Shown: piece after piece, positions 18,779-28,688 of the stretch | How the letters are laid out: every line of letters begins with the position of its first letter | Position numbering within the stretch: position 1 is the stretch's first letter | Virus record (IMG/VR): IMGVR_UViG_3300025649_000002 | Location: 1 to 64,000 of that record | Source: a virus | Lineage: Duplodnaviria; Heunggongvirae; Uroviricota; Caudoviricetes | Length of the DNA stretch: 64,000 nucleotides | Reading direction: 5' to 3' (one strand) | Notes under the pieces: generated by a model | Database searches by the model: none | The model's input: only the letters and a program-made list of their open reading frames with translations | Told to the model about the DNA's origin: nothing | Program-made: the position numbers and the translations under genes

Positions 18779-19459
18779 GTGGATATTGTTCTTCTCATCC
18801 CCGGACATATTAAAACTCAGCATCATATAAGGATGGCAAAAGAAAAAAGTAAATTTGTCGAAATTCTTAAAAAATCTTCTCCTGATTGGTTGAATATTGA
18901 AGTTATATATTCATGTGATTTATTAAATTCAGATGTGAAAAAAACATTCTCTGAAGATTTTACATTCAGAAATTTAAATTTCAATCATTATATAGATTTA
19001 GAAAATATAGAAACAAAAGGAATTGTTAGACCAACAAAATGCGGAATAAAATATACATATTGTAAATATGGACCTAAAAGTTTTTTCGCACGTACTGGTC
19101 AGGATTGTACTCTTGAACCAACTAAATTCATTAAAATGTTATCAGAATTTAAAACTAAAGTTGATGAATTATTTATGCTGGGTGGAAGTGATACAGATAA
19201 AAATTTTAAATTGTGTTTTGATGATGAACAGCAGAAGAAAAAAGTTCCTGTCAGATGGAGATTTTGTCAAGGAAATTTTATGTTTGCACCTACTTGGGTA
19301 TGGAATAAATATTATGTAAATAATCTACCACCACGTACTATTCACTACGCAGATGATTCTGTAGTTTCATGGTTGATACATGATGATGGCGGTGAACTAA
19401 TTCACTATAAAAATAAATTTTGGAAACATCACCAAGAAAAGAATTTTCCTCATGGATAA
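18779..19459 (+). CDS. hypothetical protein
   Basis: ORF track (GTG start; true start uncertain). Confidence 0.4.
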   Translation: MDIVLLIPGHIKTQHHIRMAKEKSKFVEILKKSSPDWLNIEVIYSCDLLNSDVKKTFSEDFTFRNLNFNHYIDLENIETKGIVRPTKCGIKYTYCKYGPKSFFARTGQDCTLEPTKFIKMLSEFKTKVDELFMLGGSDTDKNFKLCFDDEQQKKKVPVRWRFCQGNFMFAPTWVWNKYYVNNLPPRTIHYADDSVVSWLIHDDGGELIHYKNKFWKHHQEKNFPHG

Positions 19460-20612
19460 AAAACTCATAAAACAAAAAATGGATGAACTTGAAGAAAACG
19501 AATTTATGAAAGATGAATGGATTCAATTTTCAACCATCATGAATGAATTTATTTCCGATTCAATATCACTTCGAGCCGCTAGATTTTTATATTCAATATG
19601 TCAAATAAGTAAACCAACATCCATTCTTGACGTTGGTAGTGGATTCTCTTCTTATGTATTCAGAAAATTCAAACAAACTAATGATGTAGAAGTGTATTCA
19701 TTGGCAAATAATGAAGAGCAAAGAATCAAATCAACCCGTTTTAGTGAAAGTTGTAATATTTCATTTGAAAATTTTATTAAATGGAAGGATGTTTATAATT
19801 TAAAGAAACCATTTGATATCGTATTTTTAGATATGGGTGATGCTGAAAAACGGGAAGGAGTTTTAAAAGTTTTAATTAAAAATAATATAAATGAAAATAC
19901 AATATTCATTTTAAATGATATGCATATTAAAGAATTGGGTGAGTTTACAAACAGAAATTTTAATGATAATACTAAACATACAAGGTTTGGAGTCAAAGAA
20001 CTTACGGTAGATGAGTATGGACGATTCTTAGGATTATATACTGCACCAAAAACTCCTCTGTTATCTATAATGACAAGAGTTCATCCAAAACGAAAAAATA
20101 TGTTTGATATTTGTAAAGAATCCTTGATGCATCAAACATCAGATAATTTTGAGCAGGTATTAGTAGTTGATGAATCTGAAAATGGTCAAGGACGTGCTTA
20201 TGCAAATAAAGCGTTTAATATAAACAAAGGGAAATATACCATCAATGGACAATATGTAATGATTCTTGATGATGATGATAAACTAATCAATAATACTCTT
20301 ATTGAAGATTTAGAAAAAATTATTGATGCCGAGAAAAGTGATATGGTCATATGGCGAGGTCATGTCGATGGTTTAGGAAATTTACCACCAGATAATTTAT
20401 GGATGAAAGAACCATTATGTGGAAAGATTGCATCATTTTGTTTTGCAATTAAAAAACAATTATGGGATGAACATATATCCGAGTTTGAAAAAGATATAAG
20501 AGTTGGAGATTATATATTTATAAAATCTATATTCAAAAATAGTCGAAAGGTATCATGGTTGGATAATGTATATGCTGATACTCAACGTGTAAGTCAAGGG
20601 AGTGCTGAATAA
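19452..20612 (+). CDS. bifunctional class-I O-methyltransferase / family-2 glycosyltransferase
   Basis: N-terminal ILDVGSGFS and FDIVFLDMGDAEK (OMT-like); C-terminal GT-A with VLVVDESENG and DxD ILDDDD. Confidence 0.6.
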   Translation: MDKKLIKQKMDELEENEFMKDEWIQFSTIMNEFISDSISLRAARFLYSICQISKPTSILDVGSGFSSYVFRKFKQTNDVEVYSLANNEEQRIKSTRFSESCNISFENFIKWKDVYNLKKPFDIVFLDMGDAEKREGVLKVLIKNNINENTIFILNDMHIKELGEFTNRNFNDNTKHTRFGVKELTVDEYGRFLGLYTAPKTPLLSIMTRVHPKRKNMFDICKESLMHQTSDNFEQVLVVDESENGQGRAYANKAFNINKGKYTINGQYVMILDDDDKLINNTLIEDLEKIIDAEKSDMVIWRGHVDGLGNLPPDNLWMKEPLCGKIASFCFAIKKQLWDEHISEFEKDIRVGDYIFIKSIFKNSRKVSWLDNVYADTQRVSQGSAE

Positions 20613-21397
20613 TGAATATTCCAATGTTTTGGTGGAGAGACGCTAATATTACAACAAATTTTGGAGATGTATTATCTCCTTATATTGTCGAACAATTATC
20701 TGGAAGAACTCCTCAGTATACACAATTACCTGGCAAACTACTAGCGTGTGGTTCTGTCATGGATATGGTAAAAGAAGGAGATGTTATATGGGGAACAGGA
20801 ATATCAAAACCAAATGAAACATATAGATGTAACATGACCATTCATGCTGTAAGAGGTCCACGTACAAGAAAGAATTTATTAATGACTGGACTTGATTGCC
20901 CTTCTGTATATGGCGACCCAGCAATTCTTCTTCCACATTTGTTCAATGTTAAAACAACCAAAAAATATAAATATGGAATCATTCCTCATTATGTTGATTA
21001 TGAACAGGTCAAAAAAACAACAAAGGAAACTGATATTCATATTATCGATATAATGTCAGGAATTGAAAATGTTATTTTAGAAGCACATCAATGTGAATAT
21101 TTATTTTCAAGTTCTCTTCATGGTGTGATATTAGGAGATGTATTTAAGATTCCTACAAGATGGGTTATAATAAGCGATAAGGTTTCGAGTAAGACATTTA
21201 AATTTCTTGACTATTACGAATCAACTAATCGTGATCTATTTTTCATTGATTGGCGAAAGAGATTTGTAATTGACAATGTATTTAATAATTGGTCTCCGCC
21301 CGATATAGATTGTAATAAACTTTTATCTGTATTTCCATATTTGAAATCGGAAATAAAAACTATTGATGATATAATTCCAAAGGAGATTAAGGAATGA
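20612..21397 (+). CDS. polysaccharide pyruvyl-transferase-like protein
   Basis: N-terminal NFGDVLSPYIVEQLSGR motif typical of PS_pyruv_trans; weak. Confidence 0.4.
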   Translation: MNIPMFWWRDANITTNFGDVLSPYIVEQLSGRTPQYTQLPGKLLACGSVMDMVKEGDVIWGTGISKPNETYRCNMTIHAVRGPRTRKNLLMTGLDCPSVYGDPAILLPHLFNVKTTKKYKYGIIPHYVDYEQVKKTTKETDIHIIDIMSGIENVILEAHQCEYLFSSSLHGVILGDVFKIPTRWVIISDKVSSKTFKFLDYYESTNRDLFFIDWRKRFVIDNVFNNWSPPDIDCNKLLSVFPYLKSEIKTIDDIIPKEIKE

Positions 21398-22677
21398 AAG
21401 TAGGACTTATATATTTACCCCATCCTTATTTAGGACAACCAGATGCTCAGGCTCCTTTAGGATTGATGTATCTTGCAACTGCATTAGAAGAGAAAAATAT
21501 TGAATGTGATATATTTAATTTTTCATCTTCTCATACTCATGAGGCATTGAATAAATTAACAAAGTGTGACATATACGGAATCACTGTAACGAGTTTTGAG
21601 TTACCTCAGGCGAATCGTTTTGCTCATTTGATAAAGGAATTGTATCCGGAGTCAAAAGTTATCCTAGGAGGACCGGGCACCTATTCATCTGAATTTGTTG
21701 ACAATGATGTTATTGATTCAATATGTTTGGGTGATGGAGAAATTACAATTATTAATATGATACAAGATGTAAAAACAAAATCTCTTGCTCCTATATATTA
21801 TGGTTTAGCTCCTGCAAATCTTGATACGATTGGATTTCCTGCACGTCACAAATTACATTCAAGTCAAGGTGGAAATATTTTTGCATATAATAAGAATTAC
21901 AAAGGAACTGGAAGTACAATATTGATTACAAGTCGAGGTTGCCCATTCAAATGTGCTTTCTGTGGTTCTCCACATTTTACAAAAATGAATAAAGGTGTAC
22001 GGTATCGTTCAGCAGAAAATATTCGAGATGAGATTATACAAGTTCAAAAAGATTATAACATTCATCAGTTTCGTATTTCAGATGATATGTTTATGTCAAA
22101 TAAAGAACGAGTCTATGAGATATGTGAATTGTTAGGACCATTGGATGTTGTATGGAGAATATCAACCCGAGTGAAACCATTAGATGAAGATTTACTTAAA
22201 TTTATGTATGAAGCAGGATGTAAAGAAGTTTCATTTGGAATTGAAAGTTTTGATAATCATGTATTGAAAGTATTGAAAAAAGGAACCACTGCTGAAGATA
22301 ATGCAAGGGCAGTTGAAATTGCAAAGAAGGTCGGCATGGATGTTCGAATGTTGTTTATGATTAAAACTCCTGGACAACGAAAAGAAACTGTACCATTGAA
22401 CATCGAATGGCTCGAAAGAGTTCCTTATGACATTATTGCTTGTACAACATTCATTCCTATTCCCGGTTGTGATATATGGCATAATCCTAAAGATTATGGA
22501 GTTGAAATTACAGATAGAAATTTAGATCATTACAATTTTTATTTCTTTGGAAAACTGGGAGAGAATAAAGTAAAAAATATTATTAGTTTTATTGATAGAG
22601 ATAATGATGAAGTTAATGCAGAGACTCAAGAGTTTCGTGAATATTTGAAAACTGTTGGAAAGGTGAATAGAGGATGA
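21394..22677 (+). CDS. B12-binding-domain radical SAM enzyme (class B)
   Basis: N-terminal Rossmann-like B12-binding region; canonical CPFKCAFCGS (CxxxCxxC) cluster. Confidence 0.6.
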   Translation: MKVGLIYLPHPYLGQPDAQAPLGLMYLATALEEKNIECDIFNFSSSHTHEALNKLTKCDIYGITVTSFELPQANRFAHLIKELYPESKVILGGPGTYSSEFVDNDVIDSICLGDGEITIINMIQDVKTKSLAPIYYGLAPANLDTIGFPARHKLHSSQGGNIFAYNKNYKGTGSTILITSRGCPFKCAFCGSPHFTKMNKGVRYRSAENIRDEIIQVQKDYNIHQFRISDDMFMSNKERVYEICELLGPLDVVWRISTRVKPLDEDLLKFMYEAGCKEVSFGIESFDNHVLKVLKKGTTAEDNARAVEIAKKVGMDVRMLFMIKTPGQRKETVPLNIEWLERVPYDIIACTTFIPIPGCDIWHNPKDYGVEITDRNLDHYNFYFFGKLGENKVKNIISFIDRDNDEVNAETQEFREYLKTVGKVNRG

Positions 22678-22931
22678 ACACATTAGACAATAATGTTAAA
22701 GTTGATGGTATTGAACATTTCTGTAAATTGATGAGTCTAGGATATCCGTCAGATAAATTCACTGAGGTAACAAAGAAAGAGTTTATTGAATATGTAAGTC
22801 ATATCAATTATAGCAGAAGTAATTGGTGTGATTGTAGAGAGTATATTCAGGTGGGAACAAGAAAGACACTTGCATATTATTTTTATAGACAACAGCGTTT
22901 CTTTATATATGAAAAGGAACATAAAATATAA
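22674..22931 (+). CDS. hypothetical protein
   Basis: ORF track, coupled. Confidence 0.35.
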   Translation: MNTLDNNVKVDGIEHFCKLMSLGYPSDKFTEVTKKEFIEYVSHINYSRSNWCDCREYIQVGTRKTLAYYFYRQQRFFIYEKEHKI

Positions 22932-23473
22932 TGCATATTATAACTCAACATGTTCATGAAATTGTATCGCAGATTATCAATGGATACAAATCTGAATCTA
23001 TAATTGATATGGGTGGTACAGGAAAAATGCATGAGTTTACATTGGGTCATGTTACAAATGCCAATATAAAAAATGGTATCGATGCAACTAATCTACCATT
23101 TGAAGATAATTCATTTGATGTTGCATGTTCAGTTGCAGTTCTTGAACATGTAGATGAACAAGAGAAATTTATTAAGGAATCAATTCGTGTTGCTCGTAAG
23201 GGAGTCGTTCATTGGTTTCCCATAAAATCAGAGGCTTCTGATGCAGTTGAAAATTTTAAAAAGAAACATGGTCATAAACATTTATGTAAACTTCCAACAG
23301 AATATATGGTGGGTGCATTTCCACAATTACTAATTGAAGATTGTGTAACTTGTGAAACCCATCTCTTATTATTATGTAGTATATCTCCAAAATTAAACAA
23401 TAAAGAACTTTATAAACTTATAAGAGAATATGGTTCTGCCTCTTACGGTGCTTTATTGTATAGCGATTTATAG
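22931..23473 (+). CDS. class I SAM-dependent methyltransferase
   Basis: IDMGGTGKM and LPFEDNSFDVACSVAVLEHV (Methyltransf_11-like). Confidence 0.55.
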   Translation: MHIITQHVHEIVSQIINGYKSESIIDMGGTGKMHEFTLGHVTNANIKNGIDATNLPFEDNSFDVACSVAVLEHVDEQEKFIKESIRVARKGVVHWFPIKSEASDAVENFKKKHGHKHLCKLPTEYMVGAFPQLLIEDCVTCETHLLLLCSISPKLNNKELYKLIREYGSASYGALLYSDL

Positions 23474-23569
23474 GTTAATAAAGTCGGTTTATTTTAACCG
23501 TGGATGAATGTAAAGAAAACAACCAAAAGCGTCTTTAACGATATTAAAATATACGATTAGGAGTCTTAA

Positions 23570-24055
23570 ATGATAACTGCTAAATTAACTCGGGGAAATA
23601 GATGTTCAATTGCTAAAGATGCAATGATTGGATATAATGAACATGGTGGTGAGATTGTTTTGGGTAACAATGTACGGATTCGTGAGAGATGTATTCTCAG
23701 AACTTGTACAGGATTATTGAAAATTGGTAACGATGTAATTATAAATTATGATTGTATATTTCATGCAGAGGGTGGAATCGACATCGGTAATGATGTAGTA
23801 TTTAGTCCGAATGTTCAAATGTATGCTTCAAATCATTCAATTGCTCGTGATAAATTAATTCGAAAACAACCTAATAAATCTGAACCAATATTTATTGGTG
23901 ATGATGTATGGATAGGTGCTGGTGCAATTATTCTAGCAGGTGTAACTATTGAAGATGGTGCCGTGATTGGTGCCGGTTCTGTTGTAACCCATAATTATAT
24001 TCCTGGATATGAAATATGGGCAGGCAATCCTGCAAAGAAAATAGGAGAACGATAA
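23570..24055 (+). CDS. hexapeptide-repeat (LbH) acetyltransferase
   Basis: IGDDVWIGAGAIILAGVTIEDGAVIGAGSVV repeats. Confidence 0.65.
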   Translation: MITAKLTRGNRCSIAKDAMIGYNEHGGEIVLGNNVRIRERCILRTCTGLLKIGNDVIINYDCIFHAEGGIDIGNDVVFSPNVQMYASNHSIARDKLIRKQPNKSEPIFIGDDVWIGAGAIILAGVTIEDGAVIGAGSVVTHNYIPGYEIWAGNPAKKIGER

Positions 24056-24067
24056 TAGGGGACTATT

Positions 24068-24250
24068 GTGGATGAATATAAATGGAAATCTATGAATAAA
24101 ATATGTCCATGGAATTATAATGGAAACCCTCCATATATCAGATGTCCAATATATTCTAATACTAAATTATCTATGAAAAATAAACCTCCAAGAGAATCTA
24201 TATGTATAAATAAAGATTGTGTGTTTTATGACTTTATAGGAGAAGACTAA
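24068..24250 (+). CDS. small Cys-rich protein
   Basis: ORF track. Confidence 0.25.
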   Translation: MDEYKWKSMNKICPWNYNGNPPYIRCPIYSNTKLSMKNKPPRESICINKDCVFYDFIGED

Positions 24251-24786
24251 TGCATGGAGATATTGTAGATTTAGAATTACACATTAAAAATTATCTTGAA
24301 ACTTTACAATCTGTGATGGTTCATGAACAATTACAATATGAAATTAAAGATAATATTAATAGAATAATTGATGGTTTTGTTGCTCAAAATAGATTAGAAA
24401 GAAATGAATTTGATATTCAAATATCATTCGATAAAAAAAATCAACACTTAAATTTACAAATAAATGAAAAACCAGTCGAATCAAGTCAATATCCTATTGT
24501 AAAAATTGAGAATCCTGATTATATTACATCGCTTAAACAATCAATATTAGAAGAGTATCCACAATTTACTCCTGGAGAAATTAAACATATTGGTAACATA
24601 ATATCTAATGCTTTTCGATATGTTAATGATTCATGTATAGATAATTGGAGATGTTCTGATGATTCAATTGTTGAAAATTTTAAATATAATGATGCTAAAA
24701 ATAATGGATGTTGTGGATTTTATGATAAAACAATAGAATTGAACTCAGGTAGAAAATTTAAATTTGGATTTAATTATGGTCATTAA
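24250..24786 (+). CDS. hypothetical protein
   Basis: ORF track. Confidence 0.4.
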   Translation: MHGDIVDLELHIKNYLETLQSVMVHEQLQYEIKDNINRIIDGFVAQNRLERNEFDIQISFDKKNQHLNLQINEKPVESSQYPIVKIENPDYITSLKQSILEEYPQFTPGEIKHIGNIISNAFRYVNDSCIDNWRCSDDSIVENFKYNDAKNNGCCGFYDKTIELNSGRKFKFGFNYGH

Positions 24787-24988
24787 AATAATGTTTTGGT
24801 GGGCAGTATTGGGGTTTATTCCATATCAATTAATTGTGTTGAGAAAAATGAAACGTGACCATAAACTTGTGTTATCTGATATTATAAAATCAATACCATT
24901 TGGGTTAGTTGCATTTTTGGCAGTTCTTATCACTAAATTATTTATTAGTAAGGAGAAGCAAAGTGGTAAAGAAAATCATAGCATATAA
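24764..24988 (+). CDS. small membrane protein
   Basis: Two hydrophobic helices. Confidence 0.25.
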   Translation: MDLIMVIKIMFWWAVLGFIPYQLIVLRKMKRDHKLVLSDIIKSIPFGLVAFLAVLITKLFISKEKQSGKENHSI

Positions 24989-25300
24989 ACTTGTTAGAAA
25001 GATGACTGATGGTAAATTAGCATCATTGTTTATAAATATGAGAGCCAGACTTCCACTTAACAAATGGTTAATTGCCGAAGAACATCCTACCAAAGGGTTT
25101 GCATATAGACCTGGTTGGCATTGTACATTGAAACCTATTGCTCCACATTTATCAAAAAAAGATAGAGTATGGGTAAAGGTTGAAATTAAAGGATTGGAAT
25201 ATTATGATAGACCAGAATCTCAAGGTGGTACTTGGATATTGGCGAAACAAATGAAAATATTAAATATGTTACATTGAAATTTCATGGAAGGATTAAAATT

Positions 25301-26227
25301 ATGAAGATACTTTATTTCTCTGACAAATATGCTTGGGATGTAATGGGAACCAAACGATCAATTTTTGAAGAGGTTAAACGTCAAGGAAATGAAATTGTTT
25401 TTTATGATAAGAAACACATTCATATTATCCTTCAGATTATATCACAAATGAAACCGGATCAAATATGGTTTTCACATTCGGCATTAACAATTCCTGAAGC
25501 ATTGAAAAAGAAAATTAAAATTCCTATCATTGGTTTTGGATTTAGTGACCCATATTATTTCCATGAATCACGATTTAAGAGTTATGATGTATATGTTACA
25601 AATCATTATGAGACACTTGAAAAATATAAAGATGTTTTACCAATGCATTATAATCCTACTGCATGTGATTTTAATTTCCATGGTAGAAAAGATTTAGATG
25701 TTAAGGATAAAGATATTGATATTTCAGTTATCGGAGTTGGAATACATCCACGATTCATTCATGACCAAGAACGATTAGTAATTGTTGATATGTTGAGACG
25801 TAACAAACCAGTAAAGTTTAATATTAATTGTTATGGAAAAAAATGGAATAAACATCCTCAGAATTTTAATTTTATTGGGGGTGAGAAATTTTTGGATGTT
25901 ATTAGACGTAGTCATATTGGTTTGGATATTCAAGATGATTGGAGTCCATTAGCACATCGTATGTTTGAATATATTTCATGTGGTACTCCTGTAATAACAC
26001 GACAAAGATCTGAAGTTGAACGTGTTTTTATTCCTGGCAAAGAAATAATAACTTATAAACATTATGGTGATTTATGTGAAAAACTTGAATATTATATGAC
26101 AGATGGTTATGATGAACTTCGTAAAATTGCAGAGGCAGGATATCAAAGATGTATTGCAGAACATGATATTATACATAGAGTTAGTTCCCTCTTATCGTTT
26201 ACTGAAAGTGTGAAAGATGTCAAATAA
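25301..26227 (+). CDS. glycosyltransferase (GT1/GT4-like, CgeB-like)
   Basis: FEYISCGTPVIT motif in C-terminal domain; ATG 25301 preferred over 25232. Confidence 0.5.
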   Translation: MKILYFSDKYAWDVMGTKRSIFEEVKRQGNEIVFYDKKHIHIILQIISQMKPDQIWFSHSALTIPEALKKKIKIPIIGFGFSDPYYFHESRFKSYDVYVTNHYETLEKYKDVLPMHYNPTACDFNFHGRKDLDVKDKDIDISVIGVGIHPRFIHDQERLVIVDMLRRNKPVKFNINCYGKKWNKHPQNFNFIGGEKFLDVIRRSHIGLDIQDDWSPLAHRMFEYISCGTPVITRQRSEVERVFIPGKEIITYKHYGDLCEKLEYYMTDGYDELRKIAEAGYQRCIAEHDIIHRVSSLLSFTESVKDVK

Positions 26228-26269
26228 CATAATCAGAACATATATTAAATAATACATTGGGGGGAATGT

Positions 26270-26446
26270 ATGAAGAGTCCATGTATTGGTTGTTCTAAAT
26301 GGGCAACAAAAAGATTTCCAGAGTGTAGAGTTAAATGTGAAAAAATCGATGATTTTCTTACAGAAGCAAAACAAGGACTTCAACCCGCATTAGGAGAATA
26401 TGTACATATACCATATGGTATAACAAGTTTACCAAAAATTAGTTAA
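26270..26446 (+). CDS. small Cys-rich protein (58 aa), not in ORF track
   Basis: CIGCS...C..C; GGGGGAA RBS. Confidence 0.25.
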   Translation: MKSPCIGCSKWATKRFPECRVKCEKIDDFLTEAKQGLQPALGEYVHIPYGITSLPKIS

Positions 26447-26541
26447 GTCTTAAAGGATGTACGATAATCTTCCATAAACGTGTGGATAAAATTCGACATC
26501 TAAAATTCCCATAATGTTTTATTAATATTAAGGAGGCCATC

Positions 26542-27432
26542 ATGGCGGTAGCAACAGTAAAGATTTTAGGTTTACCAACAGTAACAACAGTAGCAGGAAA
26601 TGTAAAATGTGCAAAGATTGAATTAACATCTCAGAATACGGCCAATAGAGTAAGAATTCAATTAACACCGTTGACAGATGCATTCAATCTTGAAATGGGA
26701 AACAATTTTAATAAAAATCTTGTTCCTCATTTATTCCCGAATATTCATTATACAATGTTACATCCGGCAGGAGATACATGTAGAACATGTGCAGGGAAAT
26801 TGGAGAGTTGTACTCCATCATGTTGGGAGAATGATTGCCCGTATACTATAAAGTATTGTAATAATTATCCATATATTTTATCAAAATATCTTCCAGGAAA
26901 TCCTTGGTCGTTTGTTATGTTAAGAGGACAAATTGAATGGCACTTTGATAATAAAATTTTCGATTGTTTTTGTAGATTTGGTACTCGAGTTAATATGATA
27001 TTTCATCATCTCACATCTGATCCTACTAATGATTCATATATGGGTCATAGATTTGTTGAAAACGGAACTCATAAAAGTATTCATAGTATATCAAATCATA
27101 CTGAGAATAAATTCAATCGTATTTCAGAACAATATAGACTTGCTAAATTACAAAAGAAATCGGGGTGTGTTACACAAGGCACTATTGTGTCATTGAAGCA
27201 GGCACGTAATATCGCCCGAATTGCTATGCATAAAGCAACTGATGGAATTAGAAATGTAGAAGAAGCTCCAGATATGGCATTTGTTATGGCAAATTATAGA
27301 CATGCATTTAAACAAGGTCAATTGTATCTTCCTATTCCAATAGGAAATCATACAGCAGCATCCGCTTCGAGTTTTAAAAATAGGCGTAAAGCGAGAACAA
27401 AAGAAGAAATGATAGCAGCAGGCCTTTTATAA
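26542..27432 (+). CDS. hypothetical Cys-rich protein
   Basis: AAGGAGG RBS; CRTCAGKLESCTPSCWENDCPY cluster. Confidence 0.45.
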   Translation: MAVATVKILGLPTVTTVAGNVKCAKIELTSQNTANRVRIQLTPLTDAFNLEMGNNFNKNLVPHLFPNIHYTMLHPAGDTCRTCAGKLESCTPSCWENDCPYTIKYCNNYPYILSKYLPGNPWSFVMLRGQIEWHFDNKIFDCFCRFGTRVNMIFHHLTSDPTNDSYMGHRFVENGTHKSIHSISNHTENKFNRISEQYRLAKLQKKSGCVTQGTIVSLKQARNIARIAMHKATDGIRNVEEAPDMAFVMANYRHAFKQGQLYLPIPIGNHTAASASSFKNRRKARTKEEMIAAGLL

Positions 27433-27442
27433 ATAAAACTAT

Positions 27443-27520
27443 GCCGGATGAAACTCGGTTTTATCGCCGAGCCGGCTCCATACATAAGAGGGGATAGGGT
27501 CAAACCTATTCCCTCTTTTG
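27443..27520 (+). terminator. two consecutive GC-rich hairpins, second followed by TTTTG
   Basis: GCCGG..CTCGG..CCGAGCCGGC nested stem, then GAGGGGATAGG/CCTATTCCCTC. Confidence 0.5.
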
Positions 27521-27599
27521 CCAAACTAAATCGCCATCTTCCATAATTAGAACAAATTTAAAACATGGGAGTGATTGATATGAAATTATTGAGGAGGTA

Positions 27600-27878
27600 A
27601 TGGATATGAAAATGTTGAAATTAAGGATTATGATATATTGGAATTGGATATTGGATATATTGAGTCTGTTAAAATCAAAGATTAGAGTATGGTGGCATAG
27701 ATTATTCATTCGAAGAGATGAATTTCATCATTCATTAGATATGGATATATCAGCGATGTTACATATGAATCAATCGAAAAGAGATAAATATTTAAAAGAT
27801 CTTAGTAAAAGAAGACAGGTTGCTCATGATAGAGATTTTGAACAGGAAATGAAGATAGTAAGAGGAGCTCTTGAATAA
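27600..27878 (+). CDS. hypothetical protein
   Basis: GAGGAGG RBS; preceded by promoter-like motif at 27548. Confidence 0.35.
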   Translation: MDMKMLKLRIMIYWNWILDILSLLKSKIRVWWHRLFIRRDEFHHSLDMDISAMLHMNQSKRDKYLKDLSKRRQVAHDRDFEQEMKIVRGALE

Positions 27879-28282
27879 TGAAGAAATTAATATGCACAGT
27901 AGGACTACCGAGAAGCGGGAAATCGACATGGGCAAAAGAACAGAACCTTCCAATGGTAAATCCTGATTCGATTCGACTTGGATTATATGGTGAAGCATTT
28001 ATCAAAGAAGCAGAACATATGGTATGGTCTATAGCGACATATATGGTTAAGGCATTGTTTATCGCTGGTCATGATACAGTAATATTAGATGCTACAAGTC
28101 TCACAGTCGCTGCAAGAAATAAATGGCGTTATAATGACTGGGAATGCGAATGGAAAATGTTTGATACTTCAAAAGAAGAATGTATTAGGAGAGCTATTGT
28201 AAGTGAACGTGAAGATCTTATCCATGTAATTGAAATGATGGATACTCATAAAGATATATATGATATTGAAGAAGAAAACTAG
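27878..28282 (+). CDS. P-loop kinase (AAA_33 / polynucleotide-kinase-like)
   Basis: Walker A GLPRSGKST; Walker B-like VILDAT. Confidence 0.55.
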   Translation: MKKLICTVGLPRSGKSTWAKEQNLPMVNPDSIRLGLYGEAFIKEAEHMVWSIATYMVKALFIAGHDTVILDATSLTVAARNKWRYNDWECEWKMFDTSKEECIRRAIVSEREDLIHVIEMMDTHKDIYDIEEEN

Positions 28283-28370
28283 GCAAAAAACGAGGCCCTC
28301 AATAGGCCCCAATCGGGGTCTAAAATTTTGTGAGGACTATTATATAGGTTATAATACTTTTTACTAACTG

Positions 28371-28494
28371 TCAATCTGTTCTCCAATATGATTTCTCAAT
28401 TTTAAAACTTCAATATGTTTTACAATAAGCCTTTCAATATAATTTCCAATGTAAAACTAGTTATACAATTTAAAATTCAATCGGTCCTGCAATG
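28371..28494. repeat. iteron-like array: 10 CAAT-centred units at about 12-bp spacing
   Basis: CAAT at 28372, 28384, 28397, 28411, 28423, 28435, 28447, 28466, 28478, 28490 inside a 400-bp non-coding gap. Confidence 0.5.
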
Positions 28495-28625
28495 AAAATG
28501 GTCTGGGGTTTTTAAAGATGGGTTTTTACTAGGGGTTAATACATCGATGGAATATAGGTGAGTTAAACGGAGGCGAAAACTAAACATTTAAATACATAAA
28601 TGATAGTGTTCAAGATTTAATATAT

Positions 28626-28677
28626 ATAGAACAAATTCGCCATCCATAAATGGTAAATTAGAACAAATATTAAAAAG
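28626..28677 (+). promoter_or_regulatory. two tandem TAGAACAAAT promoter-like motifs
   Basis: Copies at 28626 and 28658 upstream of 28689. Confidence 0.45.
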
Positions 28678-28688
28678 GATTATATGTC

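Noticed and set aside
18310-18798. 162-aa minus-strand ORF
   Set aside because: Lies entirely antisense to the promoter/RBS-equipped + strand zinc-ribbon gene; Ser/Phe-rich low-complexity translation.
28371-28494. CRISPR array interpretation of the CAAT repeats
   Set aside because: Units are 12-14 bp with only a 4-nt conserved core and no unique spacers; no cas genes.
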